Below are positions 41,156 to 50,580 of a stretch of DNA of 64,000 nucleotides, piece after piece. The notes beneath the pieces are model-generated. The model saw only the letters and a list, made by a program, of their open reading frames with translations, was not told where the DNA came from and searched no databases. Origin of the DNA: Candidatus Poribacteria bacterium (GTDB lineage: Bacteria > Poribacteria > WGA-4E > UBA9662); contig JAYZAL010000079.1 in the NCBI GenBank assembly GCA_036339735.1, positions 69,592 through 133,591 of the forward strand. The letters run 5' to 3'. Made by a program: the position numbers and the translations under genes. Within the stretch, counting starts at the first letter, position 1. Each line of letters opens with the position of its first letter.

Positions 41156-42484
41156 TCAATTGATCTTACTTGATCGATTATAAGTCGAATGACAAAGCAT
41201 TTTTGTCAGTTTTTTCATATGGCGATTGGGAAGTCGCGCATCAACTGTAATCGACTGTGGCTGATAGTTAGCATCGAAAACCTGACCATTTTTGTATACG
41301 AAATCCAGAGCCTTCTGGTCTTGATAAGAGAGGTCAATTTGCAATCGAACATCTTGCTTCGCTAAGTGATTTGAAAAACTATTTAATAGCTTGTTAAATC
41401 CTTGACCATTTAGTGCCGAAGCTAATATGCTGTGTGGGTACTCAGTGTTGAGAAAACGACGACGGCTATTGTCGATTAAATCACACTTGTTGAACAAAAG
41501 AATCGTCGGAACATCATTGGCTTCTAATTCAGTTAAAACCTCATTGACAACCTGAATATGTTTGTCCAGGTTAGGATGACCGGCGTCAGCAACATGCAAT
41601 AGAAGGTCGGCTTCTGCCACCTCAACCAAAGTTGCTTTAAAAGATGCTACGAGTTCGTGAGGTAGTTTATTAATGAAGCCGACTGTATCGGATAATAACA
41701 ATTTGTGATTACTGGGTAGTTTGAATATTCGAGTTGTTGGATCCAAAGTCGCAAATAATTTGTCTTCTGCTAACACACCAGACTTAGTCAATCTATTGAA
41801 AAGAGTGGACTTTCCAGCGTTCGTATACCCAACTAACGAAACATTGAGCATTTCAGATCGGTGTTTCCTTTGTTGTTGCCTGTGTTTTTCGATAGAATTC
41901 AGAGCTCGATTTTTTTTAGAAATTCTCTGGCGAAGTAACTTGCGATCCATTTGTAACTGTGTCTCACCTGCCCCTCGAACTGGGCCGCCGCCCCCCTTAC
42001 CTGCTCCAACAGAACCACCGGTGGCTTGACGAGACAGATGAGTCCACATTCTCGTTAATCTTGGCATCGCATACTGATGTCGGGCAATATCAACTTGCAG
42101 TTTTGCTTCAGTGGTTTTTGCCCTTTGGGCAAAAATCTCCAAAATCAATCCCGTTCGGTCTATAACGATGACATCTAGTTCTTTTTCTAGGTTTCGTGTT
42201 TGTGCGGGTGATAAATTCACATCAAAGATTATCGAGTCAGCATCCATTTCTCCAATCAAATTCTTTAATTCTTCTACTTTCCCTTGGCCAATAAAAAAAG
42301 TTGGGTTTGGCTTTGTCAGTGCTTGGATACTATCACAAAGAATCAAAAGGCTTGCCGTTTCCGCTAACTGGCGCAACTCCTCCACGGATTCCTTGACTTC
42401 TATCATGATGTCGTTTTTAAGTTTAACACCAACCAGAACTGCTTGGTGTCCGGATAATGAATTTCCGTATACATCATCTATCAT
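41156..42484 (-). CDS. hflX: Ribosome-splitting GTPase HflX
   Basis: IGQGKVEEL, LSPAQ.RNLE, ILEIFAQRA, GETQL..DR, GYTNAGKST, LFATLD, DTVGF, NKCD. Confidence 0.97.
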   Translation of the reverse strand: MIDDVYGNSLSGHQAVLVGVKLKNDIMIEVKESVEELRQLAETASLLILCDSIQALTKPNPTFFIGQGKVEELKNLIGEMDADSIIFDVNLSPAQTRNLEKELDVIVIDRTGLILEIFAQRAKTTEAKLQVDIARHQYAMPRLTRMWTHLSRQATGGSVGAGKGGGGPVRGAGETQLQMDRKLLRQRISKKNRALNSIEKHRQQQRKHRSEMLNVSLVGYTNAGKSTLFNRLTKSGVLAEDKLFATLDPTTRIFKLPSNHKLLLSDTVGFINKLPHELVASFKATLVEVAEADLLLHVADAGHPNLDKHIQVVNEVLTELEANDVPTILLFNKCDLIDNSRRRFLNTEYPHSILASALNGQGFNKLLNSFSNHLAKQDVRLQIDLSYQDQKALDFVYKNGQVFDANYQPQSITVDARLPNRHMKKLTKMLCHSTYNRSSKIN

Positions 42485-42545
42485 TTTAAATCCTAACAGA
42501 GAAAGAAAAAAAGTTGCTATGTATCAGTGAGTCTTTGTCTTCAGC

Positions 42546-42575
42546 AGTATAGGATAAAAGCATAAAGCTTGTCAA
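42546..42575 (-). promoter_or_regulatory. Putative sigma70 promoter for hflX
   Basis: Minus strand TTGACA-N18-TATACT. Confidence 0.55.
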
Positions 42576-42590
42576 AAAAAACCCTTAGAA

Positions 42591-42619
42591 TTGAAGTTAT
42601 ACTTAGTCAAAATATAGCT
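42591..42619. promoter_or_regulatory. Dyad motif copy 2, abutting the putative flagellar-operon -35
   Basis: TTGAAGTTATACTTAGTCAAAATATAGCT; 24/29 identical to 32991-33018. Confidence 0.5.
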
Positions 42620-42647
42620 TGCAAAAAAAAAAACCCTGTGCTAATCT
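42619..42647 (+). promoter_or_regulatory. Putative sigma70 promoter for the flagellar-type operon, with an A11 tract running from -35 into the spacer
   Basis: TTGCAA-N17-TAATCT with extended TG; A run 42623-42633. Confidence 0.5.
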
Positions 42648-42671
42648 ATGCTCAATTCGCCTTAGGGTAGA

Positions 42672-45600
42672 TTGTCTCTTCTAGGAAGTTTTGGCTTGTT
42701 TAACTCGCAACGCGCATTCGTCCGTGTATTTGTGTGCTCATTTTTTGTGTGTACTTTATTATTCGTATCCTTCCTGTGTCCGTTCACATTTGCTCAATCG
42801 GAGGATCTCAGTCTTCCTTTCAGTAAAAGGCAAAGTGAAATCCTAAAAGAACAACTGATGGAAACTGATCGAGAGTTCGTCCGGTTATTAACCAAATGGT
42901 TGTCGCATAGAGTCTACTTGAATGATAAAGAGGGGAAGAGTCTTTCTCCTTATCTTCCTCCTGCAGAATTAGGATCCAGCAGTTTCCCCCAAAAGCTAGA
43001 AGATGCTGACGCCTCTTACCTTCAGATCTACTACGCTCCAAAGGATTTAGCTGCTCCGCAGACTATAATGTACGATGAAACTCGTGCTAGCTTACAAGAA
43101 TATCGAATTCTTTTGGATGAAGCTGCTCCGATGGAGATTCTAGAGATACCTGAATTCATCCGTGTCGTTCAACCCGATAACCGTCCTACTTACAGTGAGA
43201 TTTGGAAGACCGTTCGCTCTTACAACATCGACCAAATCAAATCGTATCTGTTTTTGGCACAGAATGTGTTTCGTGAGATGCCAACCTTCCAATCGGCTTA
43301 TGAGAACAATCAAGACAACCTTGTGAATCTAACGGATTCAATAAAAAAGTATCAGAAAGAGTCTTTGCTGAAAAATGCTGACCGTGAAGTTGTTATTCAG
43401 TTCATCGAGAACCGCCTTCGTCAAGTCTTGTTAAAGAAAATTGAGGAATATCGAGGGCGCAGGACTCAACTAGGTAAAAGCAGGTTAGAAGAAGAACTGG
43501 TCTCGGACCTGACGGCTTTACAACGAGCTTTGGAGCTTAATGGGTTTGTCAGAAGTGATTACCGAAAGATTACACGCCCACTGGATGCCTTGTTTGATGA
43601 AGAGATTGCTAAGCAGCGGAAGCGTATACGTAAGAGAGTTCGCGAGATTGTGAAAGAACAAGAGCGAGCAGGAATGCGCCAAAGGGAAGCTGTATTTGAC
43701 GCTATTACGCAGCGCATGAGAAGTGAATTCGCCAGAGAGCTAAGTAATTACGAAGGTCGTGGCCAACTTTCAAAAGAATTAAGTATTCGCATTTCTTATC
43801 TTCAGAATGTTATGGAGAGTGAGTTCCGGCGGCAGTTACGAAATGTGGAGAATCTTAGTTATAAAGAGCGCAGAGCTGTAATCAAGGAGGAAGTCGTTGA
43901 CATTATCGAGCAAGATTTGTTGCGGTATCTCGACATTCAGACTTGGAGGCAGGAAGGCGCAAAAGCAGCTAGAGCAGAGGAAGAAAAAAGAGAAAGGAAA
44001 TCAGCACCTTTTTCTGAGAAAGTGAAGTCGTTAAATCCATTTTCTAAAAAAACCCAGCAACAAGAGATTATTGAGCGATTTTTAGAGAAGTTTGATGAAG
44101 TCGAGCGGGCTGCTGGAACAGCTAAAGAGAGAGGACTGGCAATTGATTTTTTCCGTGGCCAACTTCTCAACTTGTTCAAGCAAGATGCGTTATCGACAGT
44201 TCGTGAGTTTCGGGATCTAGATGACAAAGAATTACGAGAGTTAATTTCAGTTCGTTATGTAAATGACCAATTAAGATCTGATTTGGTAAAGATTGACCAG
44301 CCACTTTCTGAGGCTGGCGAGGACTTCGAGGTCATAACTGAAGAGCTTTTGCAAAGCTTAACACAACAGCTTGTAGACGGAATCATGGCTGCTCGAAATT
44401 TGAGGAACCAAAGCGATGGTGATTTGACCAAAGAATTCAAGATACTGCTCCTTTCTAAAATGACTTCTTTGGAAGGATTAGAAGGCTATGTGGTGGATTA
44501 CAATTCAGTCCTTAGATCTGACTACGAGAACAATCCGAATGACCTTAGCCTGTTAAGGTCGGAACTCAAAGGGTATTTAGATTTTTCACAATTTGATAGC
44601 TATCGGATTAACTTTGAAGCTCTGCGTCGTTTCGCATTTGAAGGCGATCTAGCTTTGCAGTTGGGTGTTTATTTTAAGCGCCAAACTGACAAAAAGTCTT
44701 CTAGTGTGCAGTCAAAAGAACAGGACGAAATGAGAAAAAAACGAGACACGTCTTATTCCGAATTTCAGAGACGAAAAGCTACTGAATGGTTGATGCGAGA
44801 GAGTGTATTATCTGAGCTAGGGCCTTCAGATCGAAGATTCATTGAACGAATCCGGTCTCGCATTCCTAGTTTCGAACTAGAACGTATGGTCAGTGAAGAA
44901 TATCATATTGCGGAACGTGCTTTTCAAGAAGCTGTGTCCCAGAAGGACCCAATTAAGTTAGAAGTTGAGGCTTTAGCCCTTTTTAGACAAGCTCTAGATG
45001 ACCAACCGCGTAGCAGTTTTCAATACCACGCACGCTTTCGCATCGGGGATATAAAAGTTGAGCAAGCTTATTTATTGTTAGAACAAGGAAGAGTGTTTGC
45101 TAAACAAGGAATGAAAGAAATGGCTGATAGAAGGAAAAAATCAGCTCAACAAAAATTATCTGAAGCAAGGGATGTATACCAGAACGAGGCCCTCTTTAAC
45201 CCGGCTCCAATAGGGTTTCCTCGGACTGAATTTACGCGTTTTTGGCTGGCTCAGTTGTTGTACGATCAAGGTAATGTAAAGGCGGCTCAGGTAGAATTGG
45301 ACCTGTTCTTGAGCGAATTTTCCAATAATCGAGGAGACTTGAAACTCGGTGACAATGCGCTATTTATTCAAGGAGTTTGCCAATCAGATCAAGGTGATTA
45401 CGATATAGCAAAAGAGACCTTTTATCAGGTTTTTACTTTGAAATCCACCGGGCGACTCATGGCTGATATGGCTCGATTGCAACGATCTTCCTTGACATCT
45501 CCAATAGATCAAGGAAGTGGTAATTTGATAGAAAGTGAGTATAGTGATGAGTTTGCCAATATTAAGCGTGATCTACACCCTCACTATTTCTTATCTTACA

Positions 45601-46343
45601 AAGTTATGGGAGATATTGAATTAGAAGATCAGAGATATGATAATGCTATTGAAAGATACCGAGATGCTGTTAGCCTATTTGAGAGATCTTTTCAACGAAG
45701 AACTTATGGGGATGCCGAAAATCATTATGTTTCATATGCAGATACTCAACGTCAGTATAACGAAAGTTTAATTGGCTTATCTTTAGCTTATATTGCACGT
45801 TATAGAGAGTCTGGGGTGGATGCTGTTACTGATTTGAATTTGTGTATTGAGACTGTTTATAAATTGTTAGGTGAGCCTGAATTGTCGCCTCGTGTCATTA
45901 GGGAGGCTCATTTAGTTCTGGGTGATGCTCATTATATTCGAGCTAATTATTATATTACAGACCAACGACTCCAAAACCAGTCTGTTGCTGATTTCGAGGA
46001 AGTAATTCGCACATATCGTATAATTGAGACTGAATATCCCAAATTAGATATAGCCAGGACGAACAATTTGGCTCAAACTTATCTAGCTTTAAATATGCCG
46101 TACGAATCAATTAAAATTCTCGAAAAGCAAAAAGCTGATATCCTGATTAGTCAAATTAGTCGACCTGGATTACATCAATATGAATTAGATTTAACGAATC
46201 GAATGCTAGGGAGTATCCATAGAAGTTTGAAGAACTACACAGAAGCCATAGCAAGTTATCAGTCAATTCAGATTCCTGAATTCAAGTCTGAGCTTCAATC
46301 GTCAATAAAGAATTTACAAAAACTGGAAGCTCTCGGCAATTGA
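42672..46343 (+). CDS. Large exported helical/coiled-coil protein with C-terminal TPRs, unknown family
   Basis: Hydrophobic N-terminus ending TFA-Q; about 750 aa of charged helical sequence; TPR-like repeats from about aa 760. Confidence 0.75.
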   Translation: MSLLGSFGLFNSQRAFVRVFVCSFFVCTLLFVSFLCPFTFAQSEDLSLPFSKRQSEILKEQLMETDREFVRLLTKWLSHRVYLNDKEGKSLSPYLPPAELGSSSFPQKLEDADASYLQIYYAPKDLAAPQTIMYDETRASLQEYRILLDEAAPMEILEIPEFIRVVQPDNRPTYSEIWKTVRSYNIDQIKSYLFLAQNVFREMPTFQSAYENNQDNLVNLTDSIKKYQKESLLKNADREVVIQFIENRLRQVLLKKIEEYRGRRTQLGKSRLEEELVSDLTALQRALELNGFVRSDYRKITRPLDALFDEEIAKQRKRIRKRVREIVKEQERAGMRQREAVFDAITQRMRSEFARELSNYEGRGQLSKELSIRISYLQNVMESEFRRQLRNVENLSYKERRAVIKEEVVDIIEQDLLRYLDIQTWRQEGAKAARAEEEKRERKSAPFSEKVKSLNPFSKKTQQQEIIERFLEKFDEVERAAGTAKERGLAIDFFRGQLLNLFKQDALSTVREFRDLDDKELRELISVRYVNDQLRSDLVKIDQPLSEAGEDFEVITEELLQSLTQQLVDGIMAARNLRNQSDGDLTKEFKILLLSKMTSLEGLEGYVVDYNSVLRSDYENNPNDLSLLRSELKGYLDFSQFDSYRINFEALRRFAFEGDLALQLGVYFKRQTDKKSSSVQSKEQDEMRKKRDTSYSEFQRRKATEWLMRESVLSELGPSDRRFIERIRSRIPSFELERMVSEEYHIAERAFQEAVSQKDPIKLEVEALALFRQALDDQPRSSFQYHARFRIGDIKVEQAYLLLEQGRVFAKQGMKEMADRRKKSAQQKLSEARDVYQNEALFNPAPIGFPRTEFTRFWLAQLLYDQGNVKAAQVELDLFLSEFSNNRGDLKLGDNALFIQGVCQSDQGDYDIAKETFYQVFTLKSTGRLMADMARLQRSSLTSPIDQGSGNLIESEYSDEFANIKRDLHPHYFLSYKVMGDIELEDQRYDNAIERYRDAVSLFERSFQRRTYGDAENHYVSYADTQRQYNESLIGLSLAYIARYRESGVDAVTDLNLCIETVYKLLGEPELSPRVIREAHLVLGDAHYIRANYYITDQRLQNQSVADFEEVIRTYRIIETEYPKLDIARTNNLAQTYLALNMPYESIKILEKQKADILISQISRPGLHQYELDLTNRMLGSIHRSLKNYTEAIASYQSIQIPEFKSELQSSIKNLQKLEALGN

Positions 46344-46346
46344 CAT

Positions 46347-46789
46347 ATGGTAAGTGTTGTATTGGAACAAATGCAAAACCAATTGGACTTAGCGAAAGAG
46401 TTATTGAAACTAGTAGTCAAGCAACAGAAATTTTTAGTCCAAGAACAGTTTGATGAGTTCTTGATGCTTAGTAAAAAAAAAATATGCTATTAACTGAGTA
46501 TCAAAACACTGAGTCATTTGCTCTCTTAAATCAAATTGTGGAAGACGAGTATGATTCTTATTCGGAAAAAAATCAACAGGAAATTGAAGCGTTGTTAGGG
46601 AATCTGGCAGAAATAATTGGTGAAGTAGTAGAAGCAGACCAGTCTAACCAGAACTATATTAAAGAAACACTTAATCATCCTGTACTTTCTGCTCCGGAAG
46701 CTAGTGCAGAGGATATAAAAGCAACTTACGATGTGTCAAACCATCAGGAATCAGTATTAGGTCGTCAGTACGTCGATCGGAAAAACTAA
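46347..46789 (+). pseudogene. FlgN/FliT-like helical export chaperone, frameshifted at A10 (46473-46482)
   Basis: ATG 46347 ORF (LEQMQNQLDLAKELLKLVVKQQKFL..DEFLMLSKKK) stops at 46493. One extra A joins it to ORF 46484-46789, which ends RQYVDRKN. Confidence 0.6.
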
Positions 46790-46812
46790 CGTTCTATATC
46801 GGGGGCTAAACT

Positions 46813-47241
46813 GTGAGTTTATTAGGTGGGATTACACCGCTTACTTTGAAAAAATCATTAGATGGTGCAATGTTACGCCATGAGATACTGGCCAACAATG
46901 TTGCAAACGTTAATACTCCTCGTTTTAAGCGGTCGGATGTGAAGTTTAGAACACAACTGAAGTCAGCTATTGACAGTATGACAGAGAATTCTCAGTTGAG
47001 AATGCGAGGTAAAATAACAAATCTTGGGCATATGCCAATTGGCCCACCAATTCATTTGGATCAAGTATCCGCGAGTATTCATAGGGACACAGCAACCTCG
47101 GTAAGGGTGGATGAAAACAATGTCAGCTTAGATATGGAGCTTGCAACCTTGTCTGGTAATGCAGCTTATTATAGCACTATTGTTCGTTTACTCAACGACT
47201 ACTATGGTAGTATTCAGACTGTTATACAAGGACGAACTTAG
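46813..47241 (+). CDS. flgB: Flagellar proximal rod protein FlgB
   Basis: RHEILANNVANVNTPRFKRSDV; R.DENNVSLDME. Confidence 0.93.
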   Translation: MSLLGGITPLTLKKSLDGAMLRHEILANNVANVNTPRFKRSDVKFRTQLKSAIDSMTENSQLRMRGKITNLGHMPIGPPIHLDQVSASIHRDTATSVRVDENNVSLDMELATLSGNAAYYSTIVRLLNDYYGSIQTVIQGRT

Positions 47242-47282
47242 TCCTATTTAAGTGAATAATTTTATCTAATAGGAAACATGTA

Positions 47283-47609
47283 ATGCAGGTTCATCCCATA
47301 CACTTTCTCATTCCTTCTTTGGAGACGGCTAGCATCAAGGCTACGTCAAGTGTGTCTGACGGCGGGGCAACCCAAACGATGTCTATCCAGCCTAGTTTCA
47401 GGAAACTGATGCAAAGTACCTTATCAAATGTTAATGAATTACAATTGGTCGCGCAAGAAGCCAGTCGCAAATTTGCTACAGGTGAATCAGAAAATTTACA
47501 TGAGTTGATGATCATGTTGGAGGAAGCAAAATTAGCTCTTGATTTGACTGTCGAAGTACGCAATAAAGCTATAGAGGCATATCAAGAGTTGACACGAATG
47601 CAAGTGTAG
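47283..47609 (+). CDS. fliE: Flagellar hook-basal body protein FliE
   Basis: VNELQ..G..LHELMI..EAKL..VEVRNKAIEAYQELTRMQV. Confidence 0.95.
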   Translation: MQVHPIHFLIPSLETASIKATSSVSDGGATQTMSIQPSFRKLMQSTLSNVNELQLVAQEASRKFATGESENLHELMIMLEEAKLALDLTVEVRNKAIEAYQELTRMQV

Positions 47610-47654
47610 TCATCACTAATGGAAGATTGAGGGGTAGACACTAGTGTTCAAAAT

Positions 47655-49523
47655 GTGGGGAGCAGGTTAATGCGAGAGTTTTTTCAAGGAATAGTTGATC
47701 AAGTTGGCGGTCGGTGGCAAGGCCTAGCCCGCCCCGTTCAGCTAGTTGTCATGTTAGGAATCATTGCTGGCATAATTGCTCTAGTTGTTGTTGGCTTTTT
47801 CTGGATGGGTAGCGATTATGTTCTTCTTTATAGTGGCCTGAATACGAGCGATACGACATTTCTGGCTTATTCTTTCAAAGAAGAAGGTATCCGTTACAAG
47901 ATGCCAAATTCAGACGAGATTGAAGTTAGAGTTCAGGATGTTGATCATGCACGTCGAATAGCAGCAGGTGCTCAGTTGGGTGGACAAGTAAGCATGTATC
48001 GTACGACTGACAGAAAAGGACAAAAAGGCTATGAGCTTTTGGAAAGTGGTAACTTGCGGATGCTGTCCCAGGATGAGTTTCGTGAGTTGAAGCGCCAAGC
48101 TTTTGAAGGTGAGCTCGCACGCACAATCAGCACTTTTTCTGGCGTTGAATTCGCGACCGTTAAGCTTAGCTTGCCAGAACATCAACCATTTGTCAGAGAC
48201 CAAGAACCACCAAAAGCTTCTGTGACCTTAACACTGTTGCCTGAAAGTATACAGGGCGAATTCACAGTTGATACATTAAAAGCAATTCAGCGCGTTGTCA
48301 CTTATAGCATTCCTGGTCTTAAAAATGAAAATGTTCATATCGTAGATAATAATGGCGTTTTTGATTCTCAGGAACTGATCAAAAACAAAAAAACACCGGT
48401 TGATCAAAGTAGTGAAATCCTAAGTATTAAAAACGAGTATGAAGATCACTATATGAAAAAACTAAAAAATGCTTTGAAGATTTACGAAGATAAAGTCCAC
48501 GTGGCAAGTGTTGAGGTTTCCGCAGATTTGACTGATATAAAGACTACAAAAGAGCAATTTCAACCATCCCTAACTGAGGAAGGGACTGGTGTTGTTAGAA
48601 GTAAATACAAAGAAACAGAGTCTTTCGAAGGACAAGGCTCAATTCCTGGTGGAGAACCAGGAGTCGAGAGTAATCTTTTCCCTCCAGAGTATCAGTATTC
48701 GATGGGAGGTTCTGGCCCATCCACTTACGATAAAGGTAGAGAAATTCAGAACTATGAAATGGACAAAATTATCACAGAGGAGAAGTCAACACCACAGATC
48801 ACGGTGCTATCTGCAGCAGTTATGGTTGACTTTTCACTTGAAGGTGAGGTGGACAACATCAAAGATATTGTTGCTAAAACACTCGGATTTGCTACAGATC
48901 CAGGGTTACTAGATCAGAAAATTGCAGTTTCTTTATCTCAATTCCAAGTTACGAAGGCTATTCAGTCAGCTTTAGAGAGCACCCCTCCGCCGGTTTGGAC
49001 AAAGTTAGGTGAAATGATCGTCGTTGCCCTGGTTGTCATTGCAATTTTGGTGTTTTTGCGATCGTTAATTGACAAACCAATTGCGACGACTGCGGTAGAA
49101 TCTGAGCGGCCGATACAACTTGGAGAAGAACATTTACCGAAAGGGTTAACCGTCGAAGATTATGTCAATCAATGGCTTGAAGTCCGATTTTCGGATTTAA
49201 AAAAGGAATTTGAAGCTGAAGCTGAACAAGAAACTGTTGAATCTAAGGTCGCAGCTGTAGTAGATAGTTCAGAAAGAAAGCAGGCTGAAGAAGAACAAGC
49301 AAAAATCGAAGCAATAGAGGCTGAAAAACGCGCTCAGGAAGAGGAAGTACTTCGACAGGAAGCAGAAATACAAAGACGAAAAGACACGTTCGATCAAATT
49401 CGCCAATTTGCTGAAGATGAACCTGGAGCTACTGCTGACATTCTGCGTAGTTGGGTGACTGAATCTGGAATGGAAGTTTCAGTAGAAAGTACGGGAGATT
49501 CAGAAGTTGATGCCGATGCATAA
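47655..49523 (+). CDS. fliF: MS-ring protein FliF
   Basis: Two TMs, YVLLYSGL, GYELL, EGELARTI, PPKASV, GGEPGVESN, NYEMDK, P..TADILRSW. Confidence 0.92.
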   Translation: MGSRLMREFFQGIVDQVGGRWQGLARPVQLVVMLGIIAGIIALVVVGFFWMGSDYVLLYSGLNTSDTTFLAYSFKEEGIRYKMPNSDEIEVRVQDVDHARRIAAGAQLGGQVSMYRTTDRKGQKGYELLESGNLRMLSQDEFRELKRQAFEGELARTISTFSGVEFATVKLSLPEHQPFVRDQEPPKASVTLTLLPESIQGEFTVDTLKAIQRVVTYSIPGLKNENVHIVDNNGVFDSQELIKNKKTPVDQSSEILSIKNEYEDHYMKKLKNALKIYEDKVHVASVEVSADLTDIKTTKEQFQPSLTEEGTGVVRSKYKETESFEGQGSIPGGEPGVESNLFPPEYQYSMGGSGPSTYDKGREIQNYEMDKIITEEKSTPQITVLSAAVMVDFSLEGEVDNIKDIVAKTLGFATDPGLLDQKIAVSLSQFQVTKAIQSALESTPPPVWTKLGEMIVVALVVIAILVFLRSLIDKPIATTAVESERPIQLGEEHLPKGLTVEDYVNQWLEVRFSDLKKEFEAEAEQETVESKVAAVVDSSERKQAEEEQAKIEAIEAEKRAQEEEVLRQEAEIQRRKDTFDQIRQFAEDEPGATADILRSWVTESGMEVSVESTGDSEVDADA

Positions 49524-49578
49524 ATGAGGATCAGAGTAGATTGCTTTTAGTTACCTGAATAGAAAAATTGGAGATTAG

Positions 49579-50580
49579 ATGATGGATGGGATTCGAAAAA
49601 CTGCGGTTTTCCTTCTAACCCTGAAAGGAAAGATTAGTGGGGAAATCTTTAAACGGTTAAGTGAAGCTGATCAAGAGAAAGTTTTAGTTGAAATCGCTTC
49701 TCCAGCTTCAATTTCTCCAGATGAGAGAGCGACAGTGATGGATGATTTTCTAGGCGTTATGGAGTCTGAAGGTATTTATGCTTCTGGTGGATTGGCGGAA
49801 GCTGAAGCTTTGCTGGAGCAGGCGTTCGGGAGTAAGCGAGCGGCAAGAGATATGACTGATCGGTTGCAGACTGTAATTGACCAGACGCCTTTCAGTATGT
49901 TTAATGATGCTGAAGGTGAGGAAATTTACAGTTTCCTATCGACAGAAAACCCACAAACTATTGCTTTGGTCCTGTCGTTTTTGCCGGCCGATAAAGGAGC
50001 ACAAGTTATTGAATTGTTTCCTTCCCGAAAACAAAACCAGATTGCAGCACGAATCGCTTCCATGTCTACAATCACACCTGAGGCTGTTGAAGAAGTAGAA
50101 GCAACTTTGAGAGAAAAATTTCAAGGCGCGAGTCAGAGTGGCCAAAACCAGACAGATGGGCCTGTGATTTTGGCTAAAATTATGACTAAGGTATCTCGTG
50201 AGCGAGCAGATAGTGTTCTTGAAAGCTTAGAGCAACGAAACCCTGAAGCTGTTGAAAAGATCAGAGAAAATATGTTTACTTTTGAGGATGTTACTTTGAT
50301 TGATGATATGGCTTTCAGAGGTGAAATCGTATCACTTCCCTGCATGCAAACTGATTTACCTTTAGCTTTAAAGGGTGCTAGCGATGGTGTGAAGGAAAAG
50401 TTCTTATCTAATATGACGGACAAGCTAAGAGCTAGAATTGAAGGGACGATGAACGATCTGCCCCCGCAACGTGCTAGTGATGTTTCGGGCGCCCAAAGAG
50501 TAATTTTAGATGAAATACGTAAGCTTGAAGAGGCTGACAAAATTAAAATCTCCTTAGAGCAAGAGGAGATGTATGGGTAG
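49579..50580 (+). CDS. fliG: Rotor/switch protein FliG
   Basis: KTAVFLL, SGG, ENPQTIALVLS, MFTFED, ALKGA..KFLSNM. Confidence 0.93.
   Translation: MMDGIRKTAVFLLTLKGKISGEIFKRLSEADQEKVLVEIASPASISPDERATVMDDFLGVMESEGIYASGGLAEAEALLEQAFGSKRAARDMTDRLQTVIDQTPFSMFNDAEGEEIYSFLSTENPQTIALVLSFLPADKGAQVIELFPSRKQNQIAARIASMSTITPEAVEEVEATLREKFQGASQSGQNQTDGPVILAKIMTKVSRERADSVLESLEQRNPEAVEKIRENMFTFEDVTLIDDMAFRGEIVSLPCMQTDLPLALKGASDGVKEKFLSNMTDKLRARIEGTMNDLPPQRASDVSGAQRVILDEIRKLEEADKIKISLEQEEMYG

Noticed and set aside
42111-42530. Antisense and nested ORFs in the track (e.g. 42111-42530, 50133-50540, 57164-57682, 12511-12720)
   Set aside because: They overlap well-supported genes or the tRNA and show no protein motifs; treated as shadow ORFs.
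42566-42637. Imperfect direct repeat AGCTTG(T)C-A-run-CCCT
   Set aside because: Largely explained by divergent -35 boxes next to A-tracts; low complexity.
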